Part shown: piece after piece, positions 10,964-22,060 of the stretch
How the letters are laid out: each line of letters begins with the position of its first letter
Position numbering within the stretch: position 1 is the stretch's first letter
Source: a virus
Lineage: Duplodnaviria > Caudoviricetes
IMG/VR virus record: IMGVR_UViG_3300028601_000020
Length of the DNA stretch: 64,000 nt
Reading direction: 5' to 3' (one strand)
Made by a program: the position numbers and the translations under genes
The notes under the pieces: model-generated
Databases searched by the model: none
The model's input: only the letters and a program-made list of their open reading frames with translations
Told to the model about the DNA's origin: nothing

Positions 10964-10982
10964 AATCTCGGATTAAAATAAT

Positions 10983-12299
10983 ATGTCAGCAACTATTTCA
11001 ACGGCAACACGAATTCATTCTGCAAAAAAATTCATTGAATCATTAAGTGAATTATATTTTTTCGCTTCAAAAATTTCTCCTTGGGAAGATGAACAGTCTC
11101 CAGACGTAGCGACAAATGAAGTGGATGTTATCAACAAAACAAGACGAGGTTTGATTTTCATGAAAAAAAGTGATCCTGTCGGCGTTCTTGGATTGAAACG
11201 CTTTGAATGGGATGCCGGTATTGTCTATACTCCATGGGATTCAAAACATGATTTACATTTTGCAAGAAATTGGCTTGGTCCAGAGCAACCTTTTTATGTT
11301 TTTGTACAAGACAATTCTTCTGGGGTGTTCCAATATAATGTTTACCTCTGCATTGACAACAATCAAGGGTCTCCTTCATTAGATACTCCGACTGGCCAAT
11401 CAACAGATGTTTTTGAAACAACAGACGGGTATATATGGAAATTCATGTATAATATTCATTCTGATTACCTTGAATATGTAAACACTGCTTTGATTCCTTG
11501 TCCGATGAACGATGAACAAAAAACACAAGCGCACTTGACAGTTGAACAAACTGTTACGCCTGGGACAATTAATCGTTATGAAATCGTTAATCCGGGTTCT
11601 GGATATTCAGGAGCAACCATTTCAATTGATGGTGATGGAACAGGAGCAACAGCAATTATTGACATTGAGAACAATGAAATATCAAAAATTACTGTCACTG
11701 ATCCGGGTTCTGGATATACTTTTGCGAATATTACAATTTATGGTGATGGAGAAGGTGCAGAAGTGAGAGCCGTTCTTTCTCCTGCAAAAGGACACGGTAG
11801 TAATGCAGCGGCACAATTAGGTGCAACCCACGCAATGACAAAACAAACTTTCATGGGAAGCGAACTTGGGCTTTTTACTGAATTAAATGCTTACAGAAAA
11901 ATTGGACTTATAAAAGATATCAAATATTTATCTGGTGAACCTTTAACTGGAAATGCTTACTCTCTTATGGATTCCATTGAAGTGATAAACATTACTTCGG
12001 AATTTCCGTATGTTCAAAAAATATTAGGTCTATCTTCTAATGCAGAAGCAAGAATTTTTGAAATTGAACCACCTAATTCACCAACAGCAATTTTTTACAT
12101 AAGCGATAGAATTGGAAATTTTGCTATGAATGAATTCGTTCAGCTTGAAAATTCGCCAAGCACGATTGCACAAGTAACAGACGTTATAAATAATGTTGTA
12201 GACAAAAACAGCGGAGAAATCGTGTATCTTGAACATTTACAAGCTATTTCTCGTTCTGCTGGTCAATCCGAATCGTTCATTTTTTCAATTGAATTTTAA
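10983..12299 (+). CDS. gp8: baseplate wedge subunit gp8
   Basis: 'R.EWDAGIVY', 'YNVYLCIDNN', 'TTDGYIWKFMY', 'SGEIVYLE...ISRSAGQSE....IEF'. Confidence 0.88.
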   Translation: MSATISTATRIHSAKKFIESLSELYFFASKISPWEDEQSPDVATNEVDVINKTRRGLIFMKKSDPVGVLGLKRFEWDAGIVYTPWDSKHDLHFARNWLGPEQPFYVFVQDNSSGVFQYNVYLCIDNNQGSPSLDTPTGQSTDVFETTDGYIWKFMYNIHSDYLEYVNTALIPCPMNDEQKTQAHLTVEQTVTPGTINRYEIVNPGSGYSGATISIDGDGTGATAIIDIENNEISKITVTDPGSGYTFANITIYGDGEGAEVRAVLSPAKGHGSNAAAQLGATHAMTKQTFMGSELGLFTELNAYRKIGLIKDIKYLSGEPLTGNAYSLMDSIEVINITSEFPYVQKILGLSSNAEARIFEIEPPNSPTAIFYISDRIGNFAMNEFVQLENSPSTIAQVTDVINNVVDKNSGEIVYLEHLQAISRSAGQSESFIFSIEF

Positions 12300-12346
12300 T
12301 TGATCTCTGAAAGAAAAAATAAAATTTTATAGGATACTAAATTCAA

Positions 12347-15300
12347 ATGGCAATAAATTTCGAGAAAAATCCGTTTTTTGATGATTATAAGGAGTCAAAG
12401 AATTTTCACCGAATTCTTTACCGTCCATCTATTGCTGTTCAAGCAAGAGAGTTGACACAACAGCAGACCATTTTACAGAATCAAATTGCCCGTTTTGGTA
12501 ACCACATTTTCAAAAACGGAGCAATGGTCATTCCCGGTCAGATAACGTTTGACAACAAATACCATTATGTTAAAATAAATCAACTTTATGATTCGGAAGA
12601 AGTTGTATTAAGTAATTTTGTTGGTTCAAAAATCACTGGTTTGACTTCTGGGGTTATTGCGGAAGTCATTAATGCTGTTGATATTGAAGGAGATGATCCA
12701 AAAACACTTTATGTAAAATATATTCAATCAGGAATTTCCGATATTCAGACATTTCAAGATGGTGAAATTCTTCAACGAACGGATAATGCTCTTTTTGCAT
12801 GTCAAGTACAAGGATCCACTGACGTAACCTCATTTTCTTCTATCGGTATAGGTTCAGCATCGTCAATTGAAGCTGGTGTTTATTATATTGATGGTTTTTT
12901 TGTTAATGTTTACAAACAAACACTAATTCTTTCAAAATATTCAGACACTCCAACATGTAAAGTCGGATTGAGAAATTACGAAAGAATCATTACCCCAGAA
13001 GATGATCCGACGCTTAATGATAATGCTATTGGTTCGTATAACTATGCTGCTCCGGGTGCGTATCGGTATAAAATTGATCTATTACTTGAATACATCAACG
13101 TAAATGACGAAGTTCCTGAGGATTTTGTTGAATTACAACGAATTGAAGTTGGAACAATCATTAATGAAATCAGAACTTCAGAGTACAGTGAACTCGAAAA
13201 GACTTTTGCACGAAGGACCTATGACGAATCAGGAGACTATACAGTTTCTCCTTTTAATATTTCAATCAGAGAACATCTTAAAGATGAATCAATTCCTAGA
13301 TTTGCAGACGGTAAGTATCTTGCAACAGACTCTCCTTCTGGTGATGAATCAAAACTTGCAATTGGCATTGAGCCGGGCAAAGCATACGTTCGTGGTTACG
13401 AACGACAGAAATTAGCGACCACTTGGATTGAGACAAACAAAGCACGATCAACAGCAGTTTATAATAATGCCGTTTTGAACTTTAATATCGGGAATTATAT
13501 TTACGTCACACGGTGTTACATGATTCCTGATTGGTCAACATTTGAAACTCTTTATCTTTGGCATTCAGATCCTCTTCCATTAGACGGCAATATTCCAGCA
13601 TCAGGAACTCCTATTGGCACAGCAAGAGTCAGAGGGATTGAGTTAATTGATAACTCTGCTGGTGCCGCGCATGAAGAATACGTTTATAAACTGTATCTTT
13701 TTGATATTAACCTAAATGATGGTGAAACATGGAGTTCAGTATCATGGATCACGGATTCTAATTCTTCAGCACAATTTACTTGCACTCCTAATGTTGGTGG
13801 TGATTATGCAGATTTAGACAAAATGATTATCAATCCAACAAAAAAATCAAGTATCTTTAAACTTCCACACCAATATGTAAGAACACTCAAACCAAACGGA
13901 ATAAATGATACTTCATATACAGTAAACAGATATTATCCTTCTGTTCCTGTATCTTCTGAATCAATTGAAATTGACGTTGGAACCAATGCTGTTCCTAATG
14001 CATTCACAGGAAGAAACTATATTATTATGGACCTCGCTGCTTCAACTTCAGCGGCTTCTTTTGTTCCAATAAGCGACGGTGATGTAACCATTAACGGATC
14101 AGTTGTAACCATTACAGGTTTGACTGGACTTTCTGGATCAAATGTTAGTATTAGTTTGCCAATAGTGAAAACAATCTCAGCAGAAAGAACAAAGTCTATT
14201 ACTGAAATCACCCAAGTTATTTCATCCCCTAATACAGTGCCAGGTGAATTTGACGATTTATCAAGAGCAGACGGTTATAGATTGATTTCTGTAACTGATG
14301 GCGGTGATTCTGATAGAGATATCACCGAACGATATTTATTTGATAATGGACAAAGGGATTCATTTTATGATCTTTCACGAATTCAATTAAAATCAGGTTA
14401 TAGCGCACCAAAAGGAAGTCTCACAGTAACATTTTCGTTCTTTTCTCATACAACTGGCGATTTCTGTTCTGTTGATTCTTACTCTTCTTTGGGCACTTCT
14501 TTAGATGAATATTATTATGACATTCCTGCATATTATTCAGAAGATGGACAATATGATCTTGCTGATTGTATTGACTTTAGACCAGTAATCAATTCAACCG
14601 GTAATTCATTTATAGGAACTGGTTCGCGTACATGCGAAATGCCTGTTGCGCTGTCAAATATTAGAATGGATTATGAACACTACTTGAGCCGTATTGACAA
14701 ACTTTACATTGATTACACTGGAAGATTTGGTATTATTGAAGGTAATCCAGATGTTTATCCTTCTCCTCCTAAATCTCCTTCTGACGGCATGGTTCTTTAT
14801 GAAATCTTCATGACTGCATACACATATTCTCCGAAAAATGCAAAACCAAAGTTTATTGACAATAAGCGTTACACAATGAGAGATATTGGCCGTCTTGAAA
14901 AGCGAATTAGTAATCTTGAATATTATACTTCGTTGTCATTGCTTGAAAAAGAAACCGCTCAAATGCAAATCAAAGATGTTTCTGGTTTTGAAAGATTTAA
15001 AAATGGTTTCTTGGTTGAACCATTTAAGTCTCATGGTATTGGCGATTCTTTGAATCCTGATTATCGTTGTTCAATTGATCCAAGATTGGAACAAATGAGA
15101 TCAACCTTTTCAACTGATTCAGTGAATCTTGAATTTGACGAAACAAATTCAACCACTGTTCAAAAAACAGGGCCGCTTGTCACGCTTCCTTATACCTCTG
15201 TGCCTTTCATTTCTCAAACTTTAGCAAGTATGACAGAGAATGTCAACCCTTTTGCTATTCGTTTGTTTGAGGGGAAAGTAAATTTTCAGCCTGATTCAGA

Positions 15301-18064
15301 TAATTGGTACGACACGAAGAAAAACGGCGATTTGATTGTAAATGATGATGCTCATTTCCAAGCACTTGAATTCATCGCAACTTACGGTGAAGGACTTAAT
15401 GGAATTTCTTGGAATGATTGGGAAACAACGTGGTCAAGTTCATCAACTCAGGTTACTTCAAACACAAGTCGTGAAATTGACAGAACAAGAGATCATGATA
15501 CAGAAAAGCAAGTTAGAGCAATTATTACTGCAACAGCTACAACCACAACAACCGCAAAACAAACACGTTCTGGCACAAAAACAACTTTCTCTGAGGAAAC
15601 AATTAACAAATTCCTTGGAGATAGAACAGTAGGAATAAATTATATTCCTTACATGAGAAGTATTCCTGTTCTAGTTAAAGTTGAAGCAATGAAACCGTCA
15701 ACTGTTGTTTATCCTTTCTTTGATGATATTAATGTTTCGGCGCACTGTACTCCTGCAATTCGCATTCCTATTACCGGCAAAACTGGTTCATTCTTGACGG
15801 CAGTAGGCAAAGAAGAAACTATTACTACATCAGGCAACGGATCTGCAATTGTAGTTTTTGAGTCTGATACTGAATTAACAATCGTCAATTGGAACCAATC
15901 AGCTTTCACTGATGGACAAGTTGTTACAGGATCCACTTCAGGAGCAACAGCAACACTGGCTGATAGTGCAAATATCCTTGCAACTACAGCAGGAGATGAA
16001 TTAAAGACTGACGAAAAAGGAAGAATTTCTCTTATTTTCAAAATTCCTAATAATGACAATCTGAAATTTAGAACTGGCGAAAGAAAGTTTATCCTTAATG
16101 ATCAACAGAACAATGCAGAAGCGAACCAAACAAAAGCAGAAGGATTTTTCAAGTCCCTTGGTTCAATGCTTCAGCAAGAAGGAACTGTTCTTTCAACAAA
16201 GACTATTAGATTTAACCGTGAACCGCTCAATCAACAAAGAACTGTTAGATCAACCACTTCAACAACCACGACAAGTGCAACTGAATGGTATGATCCTCTT
16301 GCACAAACTTTCCTTGTTCAAGAGGAAGGTGGTTGTTTTGTAACGTCATGTTATCTGTATTTTCAGAAAAAAGATGCTTCTGGTTTACCTATTACATTTC
16401 AAATTCGTGAAGTTGTAAATGGATATCCCGGTCAAACCATTGTTCCATATTCAGAAGTAACACTTTATCCCGAAGATGTTAATGACACACCCGAAGGAGA
16501 ATTAGCAACCATATTTGAAATGCAAGCTCCGGTATTTTTGCAACAGGGAGTTGAATATTGCTTTGTTCTCTTGTCTGATTCATTTGATTATAATGTCTGG
16601 ATTGCAAACATGGGCCAGCTTGATATTAGAACAAAACAAATGATTTCAAAACAACCTTATAATGGTGTTCTATTTAAATCACAAAATGCTTCAACTTGGA
16701 CAGCAAATCAAGATCAAGACATGAAGTTTATCTTGAATAAAGCAAGATTCCAAATTGAAACCGCTGAAGGTTCTGGTATTCCTTATATTGGTCAAGCATT
16801 TTTCAATAATCAAGAACTTACAACTGATATTCTTGATATTAATTCAATTGAAACTTTCATTGATTCAACAAAGGTCAGAGTTCACCAGTTCGCACATGGT
16901 TTTGTTGAAAATTCAAAAGTAACATTAAGTGGATTCAGCGAATTATCTACATATAATGGAATTCCCGGATCAGAATTGAATGGATCGTTTTTGATTGATA
17001 GCATTGAATTTGATTCTTATCAAATTGAAGTGATTACCCCAGCAACTGATACTGGATTGACGGGTGGATTAGGAATTGAAGCGACAAGAAACATTCAAAT
17101 GGATGTTCTTCGCCCGAACATTTCGGAACTCGTTCTGCCTGGGTCGTCTTCTCTTTGGGGCTCAAAGACAACAACCAAAGATTATTCAATTGTTCCTATT
17201 GGTTCGTATTCTGGATTGAGTATTGTTGAAAATAACTTCATGAAAGAATCAATGAGAATTTGTTCTTATGAGAATGAATCTTTCAATTTAAGCAACGAAA
17301 AATCACTTCAATTGATAAATATCATAAACAGCACAAACAGGAACATTTCTCCTGTTGTAGATATGAATAGATGTTCTGTCATTACTGTTGCGAATAGAAT
17401 TGATAATCACACTACACAAACAGCCAATTTTAATTGTTCTGTAACTATAAATGAATCTTTATTAACTATTACGCATTCCGAACATGGTATGGCAACAGGA
17501 GCGGCTATTTATATTGATTCAGACGTAACAATTGGTGGTGTTTCTACTTCCTCACTGACTGGTTATTATACAATATCTCGAATTGACGATAATTCATATT
17601 TTGTTGATGTCAATGAAAATGCAACTTCAACGGCGTCTGGTACAATCAGTGTAACATGGTGTAACACACAATACAAATATATTCCTGAGAATTTTGCTCA
17701 AGGTGGAACTGCTATTTCAAAATATCAGACTAAAAAAGTAACAGTTGAAGAACCCGCGATTGCAGTAAAAGTCTTAGTAACTGCGGTGGTCATGAATGGT
17801 TCAGACATTGAACTTTGGTATAAAAAACAAGGTCCGTATGATACTTCACGTTTTGCTGATCTTGAATGGAGCCTCTTGGGCGACCCTGATATATTTGTTC
17901 CTGTTTCTGAAAATGAAGAGGATTTCAAAGAATATGAATTCACAAGAGAATTTGAAGACGGAGAAGAATTCACTTCGTTTGCAATCAAAATTGTTTCAAA
18001 ATCTTCAAGTACAACCATTGTTCCTATAATTGATGATTTGCGAATCATTTGCTTAGGAACCTGA
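12347..18064 (+). CDS. large virion structural protein, VrlC/DUF4815-like
   Basis: 1905 aa; 'PFFDDY....FHRILYRP..VQARELTQQQTILQNQI', 'ARRTYDESGDY', 'DNKRYTMRDIGRLEKRI', 'DPLAQTF'. Confidence 0.85.
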   Translation: MAINFEKNPFFDDYKESKNFHRILYRPSIAVQARELTQQQTILQNQIARFGNHIFKNGAMVIPGQITFDNKYHYVKINQLYDSEEVVLSNFVGSKITGLTSGVIAEVINAVDIEGDDPKTLYVKYIQSGISDIQTFQDGEILQRTDNALFACQVQGSTDVTSFSSIGIGSASSIEAGVYYIDGFFVNVYKQTLILSKYSDTPTCKVGLRNYERIITPEDDPTLNDNAIGSYNYAAPGAYRYKIDLLLEYINVNDEVPEDFVELQRIEVGTIINEIRTSEYSELEKTFARRTYDESGDYTVSPFNISIREHLKDESIPRFADGKYLATDSPSGDESKLAIGIEPGKAYVRGYERQKLATTWIETNKARSTAVYNNAVLNFNIGNYIYVTRCYMIPDWSTFETLYLWHSDPLPLDGNIPASGTPIGTARVRGIELIDNSAGAAHEEYVYKLYLFDINLNDGETWSSVSWITDSNSSAQFTCTPNVGGDYADLDKMIINPTKKSSIFKLPHQYVRTLKPNGINDTSYTVNRYYPSVPVSSESIEIDVGTNAVPNAFTGRNYIIMDLAASTSAASFVPISDGDVTINGSVVTITGLTGLSGSNVSISLPIVKTISAERTKSITEITQVISSPNTVPGEFDDLSRADGYRLISVTDGGDSDRDITERYLFDNGQRDSFYDLSRIQLKSGYSAPKGSLTVTFSFFSHTTGDFCSVDSYSSLGTSLDEYYYDIPAYYSEDGQYDLADCIDFRPVINSTGNSFIGTGSRTCEMPVALSNIRMDYEHYLSRIDKLYIDYTGRFGIIEGNPDVYPSPPKSPSDGMVLYEIFMTAYTYSPKNAKPKFIDNKRYTMRDIGRLEKRISNLEYYTSLSLLEKETAQMQIKDVSGFERFKNGFLVEPFKSHGIGDSLNPDYRCSIDPRLEQMRSTFSTDSVNLEFDETNSTTVQKTGPLVTLPYTSVPFISQTLASMTENVNPFAIRLFEGKVNFQPDSDNWYDTKKNGDLIVNDDAHFQALEFIATYGEGLNGISWNDWETTWSSSSTQVTSNTSREIDRTRDHDTEKQVRAIITATATTTTTAKQTRSGTKTTFSEETINKFLGDRTVGINYIPYMRSIPVLVKVEAMKPSTVVYPFFDDINVSAHCTPAIRIPITGKTGSFLTAVGKEETITTSGNGSAIVVFESDTELTIVNWNQSAFTDGQVVTGSTSGATATLADSANILATTAGDELKTDEKGRISLIFKIPNNDNLKFRTGERKFILNDQQNNAEANQTKAEGFFKSLGSMLQQEGTVLSTKTIRFNREPLNQQRTVRSTTSTTTTSATEWYDPLAQTFLVQEEGGCFVTSCYLYFQKKDASGLPITFQIREVVNGYPGQTIVPYSEVTLYPEDVNDTPEGELATIFEMQAPVFLQQGVEYCFVLLSDSFDYNVWIANMGQLDIRTKQMISKQPYNGVLFKSQNASTWTANQDQDMKFILNKARFQIETAEGSGIPYIGQAFFNNQELTTDILDINSIETFIDSTKVRVHQFAHGFVENSKVTLSGFSELSTYNGIPGSELNGSFLIDSIEFDSYQIEVITPATDTGLTGGLGIEATRNIQMDVLRPNISELVLPGSSSLWGSKTTTKDYSIVPIGSYSGLSIVENNFMKESMRICSYENESFNLSNEKSLQLINIINSTNRNISPVVDMNRCSVITVANRIDNHTTQTANFNCSVTINESLLTITHSEHGMATGAAIYIDSDVTIGGVSTSSLTGYYTISRIDDNSYFVDVNENATSTASGTISVTWCNTQYKYIPENFAQGGTAISKYQTKKVTVEEPAIAVKVLVTAVVMNGSDIELWYKKQGPYDTSRFADLEWSLLGDPDIFVPVSENEEDFKEYEFTREFEDGEEFTSFAIKIVSKSSSTTIVPIIDDLRIICLGT

Positions 18065-18080
18065 AAATAGAGGACACTGA

Positions 18081-19130
18081 ATGATCCCACAAGTTTCAAT
18101 AACAGATAAAGTCATTGACTTTATTGAAAAATCAAATCAAATTTCTGAAAATGTAGGAGATCCTTCTGATCTACTAACAAATGAAAAAGATATTCTTATT
18201 TTATCTGTTAATGAAATTATTGTTTCAATGAATGAAATTGATTTTAGAATAGGAGATTTGGAATCTCTTGTCACGACAGAAAAAGGAACGTTGGTTGGTG
18301 GCATCAATGAAATGAGAGCCACCAACTATTCCACTTTTGGTGCTGTTGAATCTTATTATGATCTTGAAGTTCAACGATTGGATGGAGAAATTGATAACAA
18401 TGACAATTATATAATACATACAAATAATTTAATTGGTTCTCTTGGTTCTCTTGAAACGACAGCCAAAACCTCCATTGTTAATTCATTAAATGAACTTGAT
18501 TCAACGTCTTCTGTTGTGTTTAAAATTGAAGATTATCCAGACTTAGGCGTTGAACAGTTTATGGGATTTCTTAATGCAAGCAATTTTATTGGATCAAATA
18601 AAGAAAATTATCTAAAACTGCCTTCATCTTCGGGTCAGCTTCTTTTTAGTGATTTAGACGGAAAAAGATATTGGGGATCAATTACTGGTTTTTCAAACTA
18701 TATTGAAGCGCAATATGATTATGCAGAGGCATTAAATGATAAAGATAATATTGAGACATATTTAAGTATGATAAAAGATAATACCAATTTAACTGTTGAT
18801 TATGCTAATATGGTTAGCGCAAAAGTTCCATATCCCATTGATACTCTTGTAGGAATTACAGTAGGAACCACCACCGTAATTGATGCATCTCTCGGGGATT
18901 CGTTTTTTGTTGTTTTGGATAGAAATACTACTTTGTCTTATATAAATTTCAATTCTGGAAGAAGCATTACTATATATATTGCTTATGGAAATTCTTATAC
19001 GATAACTTGGCCAGCAAACACATATTTTCCAAAAGGTCTCAAACCAACACTAAGAACCGCTGAACGGGTTTCCGTTCAAAGATATTCAACGGTGTATTTT
19101 ACAACCCTTGATACAACATATTTTGCCTGA
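18081..19130 (+). CDS. putative fibre/whisker structural protein
   Basis: Repeated 'GDL.SL.TT.K..LV..INE' motifs; shares modules with 19323..22049. Confidence 0.6.
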   Translation: MIPQVSITDKVIDFIEKSNQISENVGDPSDLLTNEKDILILSVNEIIVSMNEIDFRIGDLESLVTTEKGTLVGGINEMRATNYSTFGAVESYYDLEVQRLDGEIDNNDNYIIHTNNLIGSLGSLETTAKTSIVNSLNELDSTSSVVFKIEDYPDLGVEQFMGFLNASNFIGSNKENYLKLPSSSGQLLFSDLDGKRYWGSITGFSNYIEAQYDYAEALNDKDNIETYLSMIKDNTNLTVDYANMVSAKVPYPIDTLVGITVGTTTVIDASLGDSFFVVLDRNTTLSYINFNSGRSITIYIAYGNSYTITWPANTYFPKGLKPTLRTAERVSVQRYSTVYFTTLDTTYFA

Positions 19131-19138
19131 TATTAATT

Positions 19139-19330
19139 ATGGATTTTAGAAAAAAGCCATCGGGTGTAGTCATAAATACAAATAAAGAAGGATTTTTGAA
19201 AGCAAAGAAAATGAAAGAATTGATTCAGAAAGACAGAAATCGCCTTTCTGATTTAGAAGAAAGAATGAATCGGCAAGAATCAATTCTTAATGAAATTTTA
19301 ACAATACTTAAAGAAAACAAACATGGCTAA
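19139..19330 (+). CDS. small coiled-coil hypothetical protein
   Basis: 63 aa, 'SGVVINTN', C-terminal heptads; fills the gap between fibre genes with a coupled overlap. Confidence 0.65.
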   Translation: MDFRKKPSGVVINTNKEGFLKAKKMKELIQKDRNRLSDLEERMNRQESILNEILTILKENKHG

Positions 19331-22049
19331 ACCAATTGTCACAAAGAAAGATACATTTGATCAATGGCGTTTAAAAGTAAACCAAGTTTCTGAAAATATC
19401 GGTGACATTGGTTTTTTGAATACCACTGACAAATCTTCTCTTGTCGCCGGAATCAATGAAAACAAGACTAATTTAGATAATTCAATTTCAAATATTGGTA
19501 ATCTTGCTGATCTTGATACGACAGACAAATCCTCTGCGGTTGCAGCAATCAATGAAATCAACACCGACATAACAACAGAGTCAACCAGAATTTCTGGAGA
19601 ATTTGATATTGAGGTTGCCCGGCTTGATGGAGAAATTGACGCAAACACTTCTGATATTGACGATATCAATACCACAATCGGACCACTGGCTTCATTAACA
19701 ACCGATGATAAAACCTCTGTTGTCAATTCAATCAACGAAATCACACGAAGGCTTTTAGCGAATTATGATGTTTCAGAAGTTTCGTTTGATTTTCTGGTGG
19801 CTACGGATATTTTAGATATTTTCCTTTATGACACTTCGCAGGACACAGATCGTGGTATTTGGCGTTTTCAAACACATACACTTAATTGGTATAACGAGAC
19901 ATTAAACACTGTTTCCCGTGGTCAAACGAAAGAATTTCCGGCTGTTGCGCTTATTGTGACAAGAGACAATGCAGATAGCGCAGTAACAATTTATGACGCA
20001 ACTGATACTGATTTTCCTATGTGGATGAATTTTCCAAGAGGATCAATCTTCACTTCTACAACAAAAATGCCAATTTCAATGCTGAATGGTGTTTTGTGTG
20101 TAGGCAATTATGGAGAAGGATTGATCAAAATTGATTTCTTGAAAGAAATATCAATAAAAATAATGGATGACGGATATTATAAACCAATTGACGAATTGAT
20201 TGCTAACAGATACACAACCTCATGGTCCGTTGTAAATTATGAACCAACTTATGATCTTGTAAGCAACGATATCAATGATGTTGCTTTGACTTATTTAAAA
20301 GATTCTGTTCCTGATCCTATTACTGGTCTTCATCCTGTTGTTATTGGTGTTTCAACCGATTCTGGTGTAACAATTCTTGATGGACCTGCTGGTTCAGGAA
20401 CCGCTGTTGATATTACTGGAGGAAGTTCAAATAATGTTGGATTTGCAACCAATAAAAGATTAATGCTCACTGTTGCTCCTGTTTCATCACCCGATGATGT
20501 TTTTAAAATCGGAGAAATACCTTCTGTTGATATTGATCAAAATTCTTTTGGTACATTTTATACCATAAGTTCTAAAGTAAAAACTTCAAATATTACTCCA
20601 GGAAACAGTGGATTCAATAATGATGTTATTTTCTTCAAAAATGATATTATAGCAGGAGCACATTATATTGACGCAAATTATCAGAATCCTGCACTTGTTT
20701 TCATAAAAGAAAACCAAAATCCTGATTTAGGGATGAATTGTTTTATTGATTACACATATAATACTGGATGGATGGTCGGTGATATTAGAGGTTGTTATCT
20801 TGCTGATACAGTTGAAGGAATTTTGACTTCTCCTGACGTTGAAAAAGACAGAACAGTTAAAGCAAACAACCTTACTATAACAGGATCATTGGTCAAGTCA
20901 AAAATTTATCCTGGTTCTGATTTAGTAAAATATTCAGGATTCAGTTATGAAAATTATCTTGAATTGAATGATGCAGATTTTTCCGGCGTTCTTTATGTTT
21001 ATGGATGGCAATATAATGGAGTTGTATGGGAATTCAAATCAGGATTGGCTACAACGAACCCAATTGAAGGCGTTACAATCACTTCTTCAACATTAAAAAT
21101 TGCCGGTTCTTATCCAAAAGCTCTTATTAGAGTGACAGCAACAGGACCACAACAAACCCAATTACAACACATTGAATTAACCGAATCAAAATTGTTTTTG
21201 CCTGACGCAAAATGCACAATTCAAGGAACAGGCGGACATATTACTTCACTGTCTTACGACAAAATAACAGATATTCTTTCTTGCGCCACAAGTGATGGTG
21301 TAACAGAATTTCAAGACCTAGTAGCAATTAATCATCTTCATGATAACGTTTCAATCAAAAAAGTTTCAACAATTAACAAAAAGAAAGCGACTCTTAAAAC
21401 AAGTGGAGCCCATATTTATCTTCCTGAATCATCATTGCTTGATAAATTCAATGAAATGAGTTCAGCATTAGCAATAGAAGACACGAAAGAAGATTATTTG
21501 GGACTTCCTTCTGAAGATGGTATGTTACTTGCGTCTTCAACAACAGGTATAAGAACATGGGTTACTTCGCCTTCTGCAAGTGATGTTACATCATTAACAA
21601 ATGCTGTTAATGATCTAAAAGCAGAAATTGAAGCAAAAGAAACGGAGCTTCAAAATTTAGACAGCACATATATTGGTCTTCATTCCCAAATAGGAAGTGT
21701 CAATTTAAAAATTCCTTATCCAATTGATACTATTAGAGGTTTTGGCGCAATTGCAAACGGAGGAAATGTTTCTATTGATGCAACACTTTATGACTCATTT
21801 ATTTGGAATTGTCCTTCTGGTTCAATGACTGTTTATATAACAGATTTCCCTATTGGTAGAACCATACATTTACTTTTCTCGAATGGAGGAAACTGTTCAA
21901 TCACATGGAGCGGTTTAACAATATGGTGGCCAAGAGCAGTTATTCCTTCATGGACAGCAGCAAGTGGTTATGACCGTGTAGTATTTTATAAAGTTAATAG
22001 TACCACCATTCAAGCAGCAGTTGCGGGAATGGATTTCAGACCATCTTAA
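19323..22049 (+). CDS. tail fibre / fibre-like structural protein
   Basis: 'DTFDQWR.KVN' N-terminus, 'L.TTDKSS.V.AINE' repeats, beta-rich middle, coiled coil and C-terminal beta domain. Confidence 0.7.
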   Translation: MAKPIVTKKDTFDQWRLKVNQVSENIGDIGFLNTTDKSSLVAGINENKTNLDNSISNIGNLADLDTTDKSSAVAAINEINTDITTESTRISGEFDIEVARLDGEIDANTSDIDDINTTIGPLASLTTDDKTSVVNSINEITRRLLANYDVSEVSFDFLVATDILDIFLYDTSQDTDRGIWRFQTHTLNWYNETLNTVSRGQTKEFPAVALIVTRDNADSAVTIYDATDTDFPMWMNFPRGSIFTSTTKMPISMLNGVLCVGNYGEGLIKIDFLKEISIKIMDDGYYKPIDELIANRYTTSWSVVNYEPTYDLVSNDINDVALTYLKDSVPDPITGLHPVVIGVSTDSGVTILDGPAGSGTAVDITGGSSNNVGFATNKRLMLTVAPVSSPDDVFKIGEIPSVDIDQNSFGTFYTISSKVKTSNITPGNSGFNNDVIFFKNDIIAGAHYIDANYQNPALVFIKENQNPDLGMNCFIDYTYNTGWMVGDIRGCYLADTVEGILTSPDVEKDRTVKANNLTITGSLVKSKIYPGSDLVKYSGFSYENYLELNDADFSGVLYVYGWQYNGVVWEFKSGLATTNPIEGVTITSSTLKIAGSYPKALIRVTATGPQQTQLQHIELTESKLFLPDAKCTIQGTGGHITSLSYDKITDILSCATSDGVTEFQDLVAINHLHDNVSIKKVSTINKKKATLKTSGAHIYLPESSLLDKFNEMSSALAIEDTKEDYLGLPSEDGMLLASSTTGIRTWVTSPSASDVTSLTNAVNDLKAEIEAKETELQNLDSTYIGLHSQIGSVNLKIPYPIDTIRGFGAIANGGNVSIDATLYDSFIWNCPSGSMTVYITDFPIGRTIHLLFSNGGNCSITWSGLTIWWPRAVIPSWTAASGYDRVVFYKVNSTTIQAAVAGMDFRPS

Positions 22050-22060
22050 TAAGGGATAAA

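Noticed and set aside
12185-12192. TATAAATA inside gp8
   Set aside because: Could serve the VrlC-like gene, but it is intragenic in AT-rich DNA and cannot be distinguished from chance
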